Source: Octopus vulgaris (lineage: Eukaryota). Taken from it: 64,000 nucleotides of DNA. Shown piece after piece: positions 52,184-64,000 of the stretch; position 1 is the first letter of the stretch; each line of letters starts with the position of its first letter. Where the stretch lies: NCBI GenBank assembly GCA_951406725.2, contig OX597814.1:219170001-219234000 (forward strand), in the 5' to 3' direction. The notes beneath the pieces are model-generated. The model was given only the letters and a program-made list of their open reading frames with translations. It ran no database searches and was not told the DNA's origin. The position numbers and the translations under genes were made by a program.

Positions 52184-52600
52184 CTCTCCTCTGTCAATCT
52201 CAACAATATACTATGCCCTGCTGTCTCGGATCCATTCTCTGGTCAGATGTATCGCATCATAGCTATTCTCCACCAAGCTATTTGCTTACCTTTCTTGGGA
52301 AAATTACTCAACTGGATTGGCCTTCAAATTTCTTTGGACAAGTCTACTTCATCGACTCATCTTGAAAACTCAGATAACCTTGATAAAATGTCAAACAAAC
52401 AGTTGTCAAAGGAAAGTTCTTGTGATCAAAACATATCAAAAATTACTAATGATGATACAAGTTCATCCCGCAGTGAATCTCCAGCTATACATCATACGTG
52501 TAATTGTAAAACAGTAAGATTACGCAACAAGGAAAATCAGTCCAGTAATCAAGATCCTGATCTCTCAAACTCACCTGTGGATTCCAATCCTGTATTTTGA
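52184..52600 (+). CDS. TMEM164: TMEM164 orthologue, terminal coding exon to TGA
   Basis: Long polypyrimidine tract plus AG. Translates LSSVNLNNILCPAVSDPFSGQMYRIIAILHQ...GKL, versus recalled human [24 protein letters not shown]. In frame with ORF 52247..52600. Confidence 0.93.
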   Translation, partial: LSSVNLNNILCPAVSDPFSGQMYRIIAILHQAICLPFLGKLLNWIGLQISLDKSTSSTHLENSDNLDKMSNKQLSKESSCDQNISKITNDDTSSSRSESPAIHHTCNCKTVRLRNKENQSSNQDPDLSNSPVDSNPVF

Positions 52601-54330
52601 TGATTGCCTTTTTGAGGAATGGTCTTTGTGAATTAAAGAAGTCCTCAACAAATGTATGCTTTTATTCAGCACTATAAAAATCAGCTACTTTGTATGAAAT
52701 ATTCCACTAATCATTAACCCTAGTTCACAAATTATTTTCTATAAATTATTGAAGGTTTTTAAATTAATTCATTTTCATTCCAAATTTTATAAAATAAATG
52801 TACCCATGAAAATTTCAAGAAATATTGTCCAATAAATGCTAATCTCCTGTTTAAAGAATATTTAATTAAAACAAAGTTAAGGGGTGTATTTAAATTTTTC
52901 CTTTGCTCGCTATTTGTATGTATGTCTAGTCATAAGATGAAATAATATAGTTTGTCCTAATTACGTTAATTTATCTTTTATTCTGTGCTACTTTTCTATG
53001 ACATAATAACCCTGTCTATCTGTTAATTCATCAACTGTTGTCGATGATGAAAGTAATGATAATTTTAAAAAATTCCTTAAATAGGATTATTAGTCTGCAA
53101 ATCAGACACTAAAGATATGGGCTTGCAGCTTCTACTGCCACTTTATTTTCTTGAGCTTACAGTAACATCATCTCATCCTTTTCATCCTAGTCAAGTTAAA
53201 CCTGACCTAGATTTTTATATCTGCCATCCTTATATTTATCAAAGTCACTTTAGTAACACTGGAAACACATGCTTGCAAGGCTCTGATTTCTTTCAACCTC
53301 ATTGGGCAGGTTTCTTTGTGACAAGGTAACCAAGTCCCTACCTATTCTGGCTCTTTAGCTTTCTACTAACTGAATTTTTCGTGTTGTTCTTCACCGATAG
53401 CTTTTAATTTTTTTAGTCTTTGATTACAAAATAAAAATGATATTAATTGATAAATGTTATGATTGCATTAACGATGATAGTTCATTAGACTCAGAAGGAT
53501 TACTGAAACTAGACACAAACCTAGAACATAGACAAAGTGTTTTTTTTTTGTGCGTATGGGTTTGCAAATGACCCATTATAAAGTAGATTGGTTCATAACT
53601 GGTTCCTATGTTTCTCTAAACATATCTTCTCTATTACCAGTTTTATATTGCTAATACCTTAATGTTGATACAGAAAAGTAGAGTAGGAACCTCTGTGGTA
53701 ACATTGCTATGGTAGCAATAATTTTATTTTGTTACATTGAGACTGCAAGGGCAGTGCCCTTTATTCTCAATTTATTTATTCTTCCTATTATATATATATT
53801 TTTTTTTTTTTGATCTTCGTCAACTGGGATGGAGGATCAGGATAACCAGGTGAGATTTATTGTGGTTGATATATCGAATTTCAATTGTTACTGGTTAGTA
53901 GTTGAAAGAAATGGTTATCACCAATTAATTTTGACTGTCACAGAATCTTATTTATATAAACCTCTTTGTAAACAACGACAAAAGAAATTTATTTTATTTT
54001 TTTCTCAGTTTATTTTCAGCTGTTTTTTTTTTGTTTTTTTTTTTCATTTTATTTTACTCATTAATATTAAAAGAATGAAAGCATAACTTAGTCTTTGTCT
54101 GCAAGTTTTTCCTTGTTTTATTTGTCTTTTTTCACTTTCATGCAAGTATTGATCTCTGAGACAATGGAGCATCAATATTTATATATTTTGAAGCATCAAT
54201 ATATTTAGGCTATTCTGATGAATTGATTATTCTAAACATATTCATGTTACAAAAGTACAATGCCTTGGATTTAAAATGTTTAATGTGGAATACATTTACA
54301 GCAAATACTGGCTTCTCTCTAAATCTGGAA
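52601..54330 (+). other. Probable TMEM164 3' UTR (end uncertain); AATAAA at 52793 and 52831
   Basis: AT-rich stretch with no recognised transposon directly after the stop codon, containing several AATAAA hexamers. Confidence 0.5.
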
Positions 54331-54340
54331 TATATATATA

Positions 54341-54856
54341 TCATCATCATCATCGTTTAGCATCCACTTTCCATGCTAGCATGGGTTGGACGGTTCAACT
54401 GGGGTCTGGGAAGCCAGAAGGCTGCACCAGGCTCTAATCTTTATCTGGCAATGTTTCTACGGCTGGATGCCCTTCCTAACGCCAACCACTCCGTGAGTGT
54501 AGTGGGTGCTTTTTACGTGCTACCAACACAGGTGCCAGACGAGGCTGGCAAACAGCCACGATCGGATGGTGCTTTTTACGTGCCACCAGCACGGAGGCCA
54601 GTCGGGGCGGTGCTGGCAACGGCCACGTTCGGATGGTTCTCTTACGTGCCCCCGGCACTGGTATCACAGCTACAATTTCCATTAATGTTGATAGATTTCG
54701 ATTTTGATTCTCACTTGCCTCAACAGGTCTTCACAAGTAGAGTTTTGTGTCCCAAGAAGGAAAGGTATACATAAGTGGACCGGCTATATCCCAGGTAGAG
54801 GCCACGGGTTATGGTCTCACTAGTCCTGCCGGGTCTTCTCACGCACAGCATACTTC
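54341..54856 (-). mobile_element. RTE LINE 3' end
   Basis: (CAT)n plus reverse 3' UTR, reaching the last codons (YAVREKTRQD*). Confidence 0.85.
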
Positions 54857-54857
54857 A

Positions 54858-55313
54858 TCTCTCTATATATAAGCGGCAGTTTGTCTGTCTGTGTGTCTGT
54901 CAGGTTGTACCCTCACCCTGACCACAGCTTTCAACCGATTCTGATGAAACTTGACACACACATAGCCCAATGTCATAATTCAAAACTAACGCAGCGAAAA
55001 TTTTGAAAAGTTCCCCCAGTTCTGAAAAAATCGATAAATTCGACATGGGGTCGAGAATCTAAGCTTTTTATATGCAACACATTTTCTGGGCTGTACGTGG
55101 GCTGTTCACGCGTTGGGAGGTGCAATGATGTTTTCATGCTTTCGCCCAAAGGGACAGCTAGGAACATTGTATACACAGAAGTATTCGAGTGAAGAGAAGA
55201 CATTGCAACCTACACATGCGCCTTCGTTCCCTAGAGGGAAAGGACTAGATTGGGATTAGTCGTTGCCTACTAGGGGCTCTTACATACCCGGGCAACGCCG
55301 GGCTATGCTGCTA

Positions 55314-55314
<1 letters not shown>
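54858..55314 (+). mobile_element. Non-autonomous Helitron, family 2
   Basis: A|TC start; cccgggcaacgccggg hairpin plus CTAG|T. Confidence 0.78.
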
Positions 55315-55339
<25 letters not shown>

Positions 55340-55350
<11 letters not shown>

Positions 55351-55850
55351 TCTAGTTGTGTGAGTGTCTGTCCCCTTCGATTTAGATTCCTAACTCCTCC
55401 CACATTTTGCGGTGCAGTTTAACCAAATTCGGGTATCTTATAGTCGTGATTCATATCGAGCCTGTCTGGCTATTAGCGCGCGTCTACGATGAGTCTACGA
55501 TTTAAAAAATAATTTAACATCATTTTTTATTCCATTTTAATGCATAATTTTTCGTGTGTCGATGGCGGCGGAGTTGGCGTCCACGCTCAAACACCTGCAC
55601 CTGTGTTTGCTTCTCCCCCTTCTTCCCTCCCTCGTGAAGCTGTGGGGAAGGCAGTGTAAGGAAATCAACGTCGTAAAGTGTTGTCAAGGAGACCAGCGTT
55701 CTTTTAGAACAACGACTTCATGGCTTGAAGACACCAAAACAGAAATGGCTAAGAAAGCCCAAATTGGCATCTATAAGGGAAGTAACTCTCTAAAAATGCT
55801 TATATAGTTATTTCCCTTACAAACCCGAGCAACGCCGGGCGATACTGCTA

Positions 55851-55851
<1 letters not shown>
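55340..55851 (+). mobile_element. Non-autonomous Helitron, family 1 variant with extra internal segment
   Basis: Family 1 body; cccgagcaacgccggg plus CTAG|T. The GC-rich segment at ~55553-55770 is absent from the other family 1 copies. Confidence 0.75.
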
Positions 55852-55888
<37 letters not shown>

Positions 55889-56854
55889 GAGGCACATCAT
55901 TTAGTAGTTAGGATGTTGAGTTCATGGTTGTAAAATTGTGGTTTCAATTCCTGGGCCAGGTGATGTCTTGTGTTCTTGAGCAAAACACTCCATTTCATGT
56001 TGCTCCACTCACAAAAATGGCAAAAATAAGTAAACCTATGAGAGGCTAATATTCTGTCCAGTGGGGTAATATATATACCAGAGAATTTGCGAAACTGGCC
56101 TTATGAGCCTATGGCTCAGGAATGACCTTTGATCTTTACACACCCAATAAAGAGTAATAATTTTATTCTTTTACATAGACTGTGGCTCTGCTGAAGAATT
56201 GCCTTGAAGAGTTTGGCCAATGAAGTCAATCCTAATACATTCTTTTAATCTGTTTTTGCTGTGAAATTATAGAAATATAAACAAAGCCTGGTTGCTGAGT
56301 AGCAAAAGACAAGTGCGCACACACACCAACACACACATGCAACAGACTTTTGTACAGTTTCCATCTACCAAATTTACTAGCACAAGGCATTAATCAGTCG
56401 GTGGCTGTTGTAGAGAACATTTTCCTGATGTGTCATGGGATAGGGCTGAACAAAACACCATGTGGTTGCAAAGCATACTTCTTAATTACACAACCAGGGC
56501 CAACACCTCTGCCCTAGATCCAGACCTACATATGTCTTTCCGATTTATCTTTATCTGTTTCAGTCATTGGACTGTGGCCATGCTGGGGCACCACCTTCAA
56601 GAACTTTTAGTTGAATGAATTGGCCAGAGTACTTCCGTTTAAGCCTGGTAGTTATTCTATCAGTCTCTTTTGCTGAACTGCTAAGTTATGGGGATGTAAA
56701 CAAACCAACACCAGTCGTCAAACAGTGGTTGTGGGAAAAAACACAGAGACAATGACACACACAAACACACGGTAAGGTATTATAGCAAGGTTGCAATTGC
56801 AACGGTTACTAATCGATGCAGTAGAAACATGTAGGTCTATTTGAAGCTGTACTG

Positions 56855-56902
<48 letters not shown>

Positions 56903-57042
56903 TATATATAAGTTCATCAAAATTTAGATTCAAATGAATATGGTACTTAATTTAGATGCACCAGAATTCTGTATGGTGTTATCCATAGAAATCAGCGGTG
57001 TGATTATAATCAATATAAGCAACAAGAATAACTTTGGTAATT

Positions 57043-57126
57043 TGGTATGATCATTTCGCACTACATCATTTTATTAAATGTTGTAAGTATTACAACAGTT
57101 TTAAAATGCTGAGCACTCATCTGCCA
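57043..57126 (-). ncRNA. Degenerate hammerhead motif (CAGATGA core)
   Basis: Minus strand reads tgg-CAGATGA-gtgct...(long stem II with tgttgtaa/ttacaaca)...agtgc-GAAA-tgatca-TA-cca. Confidence 0.6.
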
Positions 57127-57531
57127 TTTATAGAGGTTTTCCATTAATACAAAAATTTTCAAATGAAAGGAGTCAATAAAGATTTTCTATTTATAGAAAT
57201 GGGGTAAAGTGGATGTCAGAGCTCCATATAAGGAATTTATGTAGAAAACAGGATTGCCACAACTAAATGCCAATTACTACTACTTGATGAACAGATTCAG
57301 CGTTAGGAGAACTAGGTCAATGTCAAGTGGTCACAATAACATTCACAGAGAATGCAGAGACCTTACAAAACCCATGCCCATCATCACAAACAGTTGTCTT
57401 ATAAGTTCCAGGTACTTTAACAGGTTAGAATAAAGGAAAACTATATATATAGTTAATCCAAACATGAAAACACAACAACGCAAGGACGTGGAACAAGTAT
57501 AGTGTTATTGGACGCTAAGAAAAGAAGGAGG

Positions 57532-57566
57532 GTTTAACGTTTCGAGCAGAGCTCTTGGTCAGAAAC
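57532..57566 (-). ncRNA. Minimal hammerhead motif, core mutated (CTGACCA)
   Basis: Minus strand reads gttt-CTGACCA-a-gagc-tct-gctc-GAAA-cg-TT-aaac. Confidence 0.55.
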
Positions 57567-57718
57567 ATAGGAAAAGGAAAGATCCAAAGAAGGGAAGATG
57601 GAGGAAAAAAAAAATCGCCAACGGTACACACACGGTCACATTTTGAATGACAGATAAAGATAAATAGGAAAGACAGATGTAGGTCTGGATCTATGACAGA
57701 GGTGTTGGCCTGGTTGTG

Positions 57719-57759
<41 letters not shown>

Positions 57760-57794
57760 ATATGGATATATGCAGGAAATATAAATAAAACAAG

Positions 57795-57832
57795 TCTTTA
57801 ACGTTTCGAGCCTACGCTCTTCAACAGAAAGA
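57795..57832 (-). ncRNA. Minimal hammerhead motif, core variant (CTGTTGA)
   Basis: Minus strand reads tcttt-CTGTTGA-a-gagc-gtag-gctc-GAAA-cg-TT-aaaga. Stem I covaries with the 57532 copy. Confidence 0.55.
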
Positions 57833-57915
57833 TACACAGAGAGAGAAAAACACAGAAAGAAGGAGAGAAAAAAAAAATGCGTGCAGTAGCTAACGAATCA
57901 ACATGGCGATCTGGC

Positions 57916-58541
<626 letters not shown>

Positions 58542-59527
58542 AAGCCAATCACCATATCAAAGTAGCAGTTGAATGTCACTACTAGTTTAACCCTGGGCAG
58601 ATTCTCTGCTAGCTGGTTATTGGTGCAACACTTGGCACACTTTATATACAATATATTGTTAGCAGGTGGAGCGAACCCCTACTATGCTCCAGCAGCTAAC
58701 AGGGTCACGAGACTGACTCAGTTCTGAGCTATTTGGCCCATCATCAGCCACGAGCACCTGCGCACTCGAGCAATAGCTAAGATCCGCTTCTGTCAACGAT
58801 ATATTGTAAACAAAGTGACCATCAATCACTGATTTGCAACAAGCAAAATAGCTAATTGAAAAATCTCAAGAACAGATAGGGTAGTAATGTATACTAAGCA
58901 GTAAAGCCAGTCTCCACATCAAAGTAGCAGTTGAAGGTTACAACTGGTTTAACCCCAGGCAGATTCCCTGCTAGCTTGTTTCCGGTACAAACATTCTGCA
59001 CCCTTTTGTATATAAAGGGTGCAGAGCAGGAGTGGCTGTGTGGTAAGTAGCTTGCTTACCAACCACATGGTTCCGGGTTCAGTCCCACTGCGTGGCATCT
59101 TGGGCAAGTGTCTTTTGCTCTAGCCCCGGGCCGACCAATGCCTTGTGAGTGGATTTGGTAGACGGAAACTGAAAGAAGCCTGTCGTATATATGTATATAT
59201 ATAGATATGTATGTGTGCATTTGTGTGTCTGTGTTTGTCCCCTTAGTATTGCTTGACAACCGATGCTGGTGTGTTTACGTCCCCGTCACTTAGCGGTTCG
59301 GCAAAAAGAGACCAATAGAATAAGTACTGGGCTTACAAAGAATAAGTCCCGGGGTCAAGTTGCTCGATTAAAGGCGGTGCTCCAGCATGGCCGCAGTCAA
59401 ATGACTGAAACAAGTAAAAGAGTAAAGAGAGAGCATTGCACTGATAACCAGCTGGTGGAGAATCTGCCTGGGGTTAAACTAAACTTGTAGTAACATTTAA
59501 CTGCTACTTTGATGTGGCGACTAGCTT

Positions 59528-60126
59528 TACCGTTTAGTATATGTTAGTACTCCATCTCTTCTTGAGATTTCATAACTAGCTGTTTTGGAAGCGGTAGACC
59601 CAAGAAGCCCTGGGACGATGTGGTGGGGCACAGCCTTCCAACGTTGGGCTTCACGGAGGTGACAATGAGTGACTGAGACCTTTGGAGATATGCTGTGCTT
59701 GAGAAGACCTGGCAAGCCAAGTGAGACCTTAACCGTGGCCTACACCAGTGCAGCATAATTGGCCCATTTAAGAGTACCCTTCAATCATTGGGCAATAAAT
59801 TGGGCTTGCGAAGACCTGTTGAGTTAAGTGAAGTCGTTGTTGTGGCTGATGCCAGTGTCACCTGACTGGCACCCATGCCGGTGGCACGTAAAAAGCACCA
59901 TTCAAGCATGGTTGATGCCAGTATCACCTGACTGGCCCTTGTGCCGGTGGCATGTAAAAAGCACCAACTATACTCTTGGAGTGGTTGGCATTAGGAAGGG
60001 CATCCAGCTGTAGAAATACTGCCAGATCAGACTGGAGCCCAGTGCAGCCTCCTGGCTTCCCAGACCTTGGTCAAACCGTCCAACCCATGCTAGCATGGAA
60101 AACGGACGTTAAACGATGATGATGAT
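59528..60126 (+). mobile_element. RTE LINE 3' end (diverged subfamily)
   Basis: GRPKKPWDDVV.HSL remnant followed by the repeat-containing 3' UTR and (GAT)n. Confidence 0.8.
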
Positions 60127-60131
60127 ATATA

Positions 60132-60680
60132 TATTTGGTCTGATCAATAAGTATCCAGACTGTTGCTATAGTAACGAAGCTAAAGCACACAGAGTGAAGC
60201 TATTTGGCACAGATTGACCTTGACCTCTGCAGTGCACGTGCAATCAGTTTTAATGTTCTAGCTCACTTCCACTGTTTACAGCAGTGCTTGGAAGGAAGGT
60301 GTGTAGCGTGTGATCATAGCACTGACCATGACAGAGAAAGTTGAGCAGAGAATCTGCATCACATTTTGCCAAAAGCTTGGCGATACCTGTCCAGAGGTAT
60401 CTCTTTGGTCAGCTGAAAGCAGTTTTGGCACAAACTTGGCAGACACGCACATCATACCCAAAATCTTCAGTGATAATCGACTGAACTGAACCGTAACTAA
60501 TCTGCACATCCTCTGATAACTCATGGATGGTGATTCAACGATTTCCCTTCACAGCTGCACGCACATCTGTCATGTTTTTCTCAGTTCTGCTGGTCGCAGG
60601 TTTCCCAGAACGTTTGTCAATATCGACATTTTTCGGCCATCTTGGAAATGTCCGAACCACTTCTACACTTGTGTAGGTTA
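60132..60680. mobile_element. Rearranged mariner fragment (+ strand 5' part joined to an inverted internal part)
   Basis: + strand MTEKVEQRICITFCQKLGDT, then - strand LGMMCVSAKFVPKLLSADQ. Confidence 0.65.
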
Positions 60681-60860
60681 AACTGAGAAACTAACATAAA
60701 TATTTCTCTCTTAACATTAAAATTAACGACATTTAGGGTGTCACAATAATTATTCTATAAAAAAAACATAAAATAAGAAATAAAAGTTACAAAACCTCAT
60801 CATATAATCATTTTCCACACTATTAACATCGTCATGAGTTGGAACATCAAGTGTCTTATT

Positions 60861-60898
<38 letters not shown>

Positions 60899-60906
<8 letters not shown>

Positions 60907-61813
60907 TAAATTAGAGATAAAACCACTATTAGGCAAACTGGTGAGTTTCTTACCTTATAAATTAAAATTAATATTTAACATTATAATCGATTTTGATATA
61001 ATCATAATTGTTAAGTTTTAAGTTTCTAGTTTGATAATAGAGTTTATTATAAGTAAAATTATTATATTATTTATATCTAAAAAATATTGTTTAAATATTT
61101 CTGATTATTTTAAAAATATTTCAATTAACCTGAAGATTGACTGTAACCATAACTCGAATTATTAATTGAATTTAAATTATTGTTATTTGAATTGGTACAG
61201 CCATGAAATGATCGTAGTGTTTTACTCTTTATCTTTTATTAAACTTTTAATACTTTTGATATTTATATAAAAAAAAATTTAAATAATAAATAAATTAATT
61301 AATTAATAAATAAAATAATATATAAATATAAAAATATACATACATATATATATATATTTGTATATATATATATATATATATTTAAAATTTATAAGTTTAA
61401 ATTATTTAAATAATTTTTTAATTTTTAACTTTTATATTTTTAAATTAATTTTATGTATTGGCTTATGTTTTTCACTGTTTGATTTGCCTAATAGTGGTTT
61501 TATCTCTAATTTAATATAATATAATATAATATTTTTTTTTTTTTTTTTGTACTTGTTTCAGTCATTTGACTGCGGCCATGCTGGAGCACCGCCTTTAGAG
61601 TGGTGAAAGAGTACAGCAGGGATCACCACCATCCCCTGCCGGAGCCTCGTGGAGCTTTTAGGTGTTTTCGCTCAATAAACACACACAACACCCGGTCTGG
61701 GAATCGAAACCGCAATCCTCCGACCGCAAGTCCGCTGCCCTAACCACTATAAAATTGGATTTAATCCTAAATTTAATTTTTCCCTGTAAGTTTGGATTTA
61801 TTCTCTAATATTA

Positions 61814-61815
<2 letters not shown>
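60899..61815 (+). mobile_element. AT-rich foldback element with hammerhead (Penelope-like), interrupted by a chimeric SINE insertion at ~61533-61748
   Basis: Inverted repeat tattatattaaattagagataaaaccactattaggcaaa at both ends of 60899-61521. The tail at 61750-61815 matches 17230-17300. Confidence 0.65.
61126..61221 (+). ncRNA. Type I hammerhead ribozyme motif (core intact, stems imperfect)
   Basis: aac-CTGAAGA-ttgactgtaacc...ggtacagccat-GAAA-tgatcg-TA-gtgtt, inside the foldback element 60899-61815. Confidence 0.65.
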
Positions 61816-61860
<45 letters not shown>

Positions 61861-61861
<1 letters not shown>

Positions 61862-64000
61862 GTACAAGATTTTCTGGGCAGGGAACACTGACAGGGTCAG
61901 GAGCATGGGTATACTTCTTGCGGAGAAATGGGTAGATAAGGTAATCGAGGTAGTCAGAGTAAGTGACAGAGTACTTAAAATTAGATTAGTCCTTCACCAT
62001 AGGTCAGCTACCATCATCTCGGCATATGCCCCTCAACCAGGGCTACCGGAAGGACAAAAAGACCAATTCTATGACACCCTATTGCGGACTACCTCGTTGA
62101 CAAATGACAGTGACCTTCTCTTCGTGGCAGGTGATTTCAATGGACATGTTGGACGGCATGTCGGGGGCTTCCATGGCGTTCATGGAGGCTGCGGTTTTGG
62201 CTCTCGTAATGAGGAGGGAACCAGACTGCTGGAGTTCTGCGATGCAAATGACCTTATGGTCTGCAATACCAACTTCAGGAAACCCACCTCTCACCTAGTC
62301 ACCTACCGTTCTGGCAGACACACTAGCCAGATTGACTACATCCTTGCCAGAAAAAGGGAAAGAGGGCTGCTTATAAATGCCAAAACCTTTCCAGGCGAAG
62401 AATGTACTCCTCAACATAGATTAGTAGTTAGCGACTTCAGGATCAGAGCTAAATGGTTGCCCAGAAGAAGACCTACTTGGAGGAGAAGGGTCTGGAAGCT
62501 TAAAGATCCTGCAAATGGACAGAGATTTAGAGACATACTACTCGAAGCCTTTGACAAAATAGAAGGGGATATAGCTTCACTTAATGTGGAAGACAACTGG
62601 AGATTTCTACGGGACAATCTGCTGACAGCCACTGACCAGATCTGTGGATGGAGCAAAGTACCATCTCGACCCAGAGTAACGTGGTGGTGGAACACTGTGG
62701 TTGACAGGGCTATTAGACAAAAGAGACAGGCTTGGAAGGACTGGAAGAACGGTGGTAGCAGGGAATTGTATCAGACAGCCAGAAGGGAAGCTAGGAGACA
62801 TGTTTATTTAGCCAGAGGGGAAGCAGATAAGAAAAAATTTGCCAATGTTCTGCGCCATGAGGATGAAAGACTTGAGGTATTTCGTGTTGCAAGACAGTGT
62901 GTGAGAGAAAATCGTGATGTGGTAGGAGAGAAATGTGTCCGCATGGATGATGGTCACTTGCGCTAAATGAGGATGCAAAGAGAGAGGTTTGGAGATGCCA
63001 CTATGAAAGGTTGCTGAATAAAGAAAATGAATGGTATAAAGAGAGTTTGCCGAATGTCAACCCAACAGAGGGACCAGCCATCCGAGTTGAAAATTCTTTG
63101 GTAGTTAAAGCAATTAGAAGCATGAAGACAGGGAAAGCCCCAGGCCCATCAGGAATTACTGCAGAGATGCTCAAAATATCTGGCAGTGTCGGCCATAACC
63201 TAGTCACCCGTATAGTCAACCAGGTGATACACGAAGGAGTCATACCCAATGATTGGTGTAGCAGCAAACTAGTCAACTGCTACAAAGGTAAAGGTGACGC
63301 CCTAGATACAAATAATTACAGAGGTATCAAGCTGTTGGATCAGGTAATGAAGGTTACGGAGAGGGTCATAGCCCAACTAATTAGAGAGAGAATTAGTTTA
63401 GATGAGATGCAGTTTGGGTTCGTGCCAGGGAAAAGTACCACTGATGCTATATTCCTGGTAAGGCAGCTGCAGGAGAAATACCTAGCCAAAGATAAGCCCC
63501 TGTACCTGGCTTTCGTTGACATGGAGAAAGCCTTTGACAGGGTCCCCCGATCCCTTATCTGGTGGTCAATAAGGAAACTAGGGATAGATGAATGGCTGGT
63601 GATGGCTGTGCAAGCCATGTACAGAGATGCCGTAAGTAAGGTTAGGGTTGGCAACATGTACACAGAAGAATTCAAAGTAGAGGTTGGGGTCCACCAGGGT
63701 TCAGTACTCAGCCCCTCCTATTTATCATAGTCCTCCAGGCAATTACGGAGGAATTCAAGACAGGTTGCCCCTGGGAGCTCCTCTATGCTGACGACCTTGC
63801 TCTAATTGCTGAGTCACTATCAGAACTGGAGGAGAGGTTCCAGGTGTGGAAGGAGGGTTTAGAATCGAGGGTCCTTAGAGTCAACCTAGCTAAAACCAAA
63901 GTACTAATAAGTAGGAAGATAGACAATCCCTGCTCGATCTGTAGAAAAGGTGTAGGTAGAAACTCTATAAGATGTACCCAGTGTAAGCTATGGACACATA
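61861..64000 (+). mobile_element. RTE-clade LINE ORF (APE endonuclease + RT + start of PHD finger); 5'-truncated, frameshifted, runs off the window
   Basis: SAYAPQ, GDFNGHVG, QIDYIL, SDF (APE); KGKGD..NYRGIKLL, QFGF, AFVDMEKAFDRV, GVHQGSVLSP, YADD at 63784 (RT). Frameshifts near 62955 and 63715. Confidence 0.93.

Noticed and set aside
61818-64000. Possibly active autonomous LINE
   Set aside because: It is 5'-truncated into a (TA)n tract and has at least two frameshifts (near 62955 and 63715).

Overview
Repeat-dense, AT-rich eukaryotic DNA. The SINE/LINE repertoire points to a coleoid cephalopod, most likely Octopus (inference). The only host gene recognised is the 3' part of a + strand TMEM164 orthologue, split into four GT-AG exons (21269-21385, 24503-24581, 42599-42699, 52184-52600; 237 codons plus stop). 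Its 5' exon(s) were not found and probably lie upstream of the window. The rest is intron and downstream DNA containing three tRNA-derived SINE families, many 5'-truncated 3' ends and three coding pieces of an RTE-clade LINE with a PHD finger inside its RT region, CR1-group fragments, Tc1/mariner relics, non-autonomous Helitrons, piggyBac/hAT MITEs, a U6 pseudogene and micro/minisatellites. The most notable hidden structure is a set of short ORF-less elements, mostly embedded in (TA)n tracts and often with direct or inverted terminal repeats. They carry at least eight type I hammerhead-ribozyme motifs, each with a palindromic stem III (Penelope/retrozyme-like). Five have an intact catalytic core, and two are in sense orientation inside a TMEM164 intron. 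All structures were folded by eye; no database search was run.
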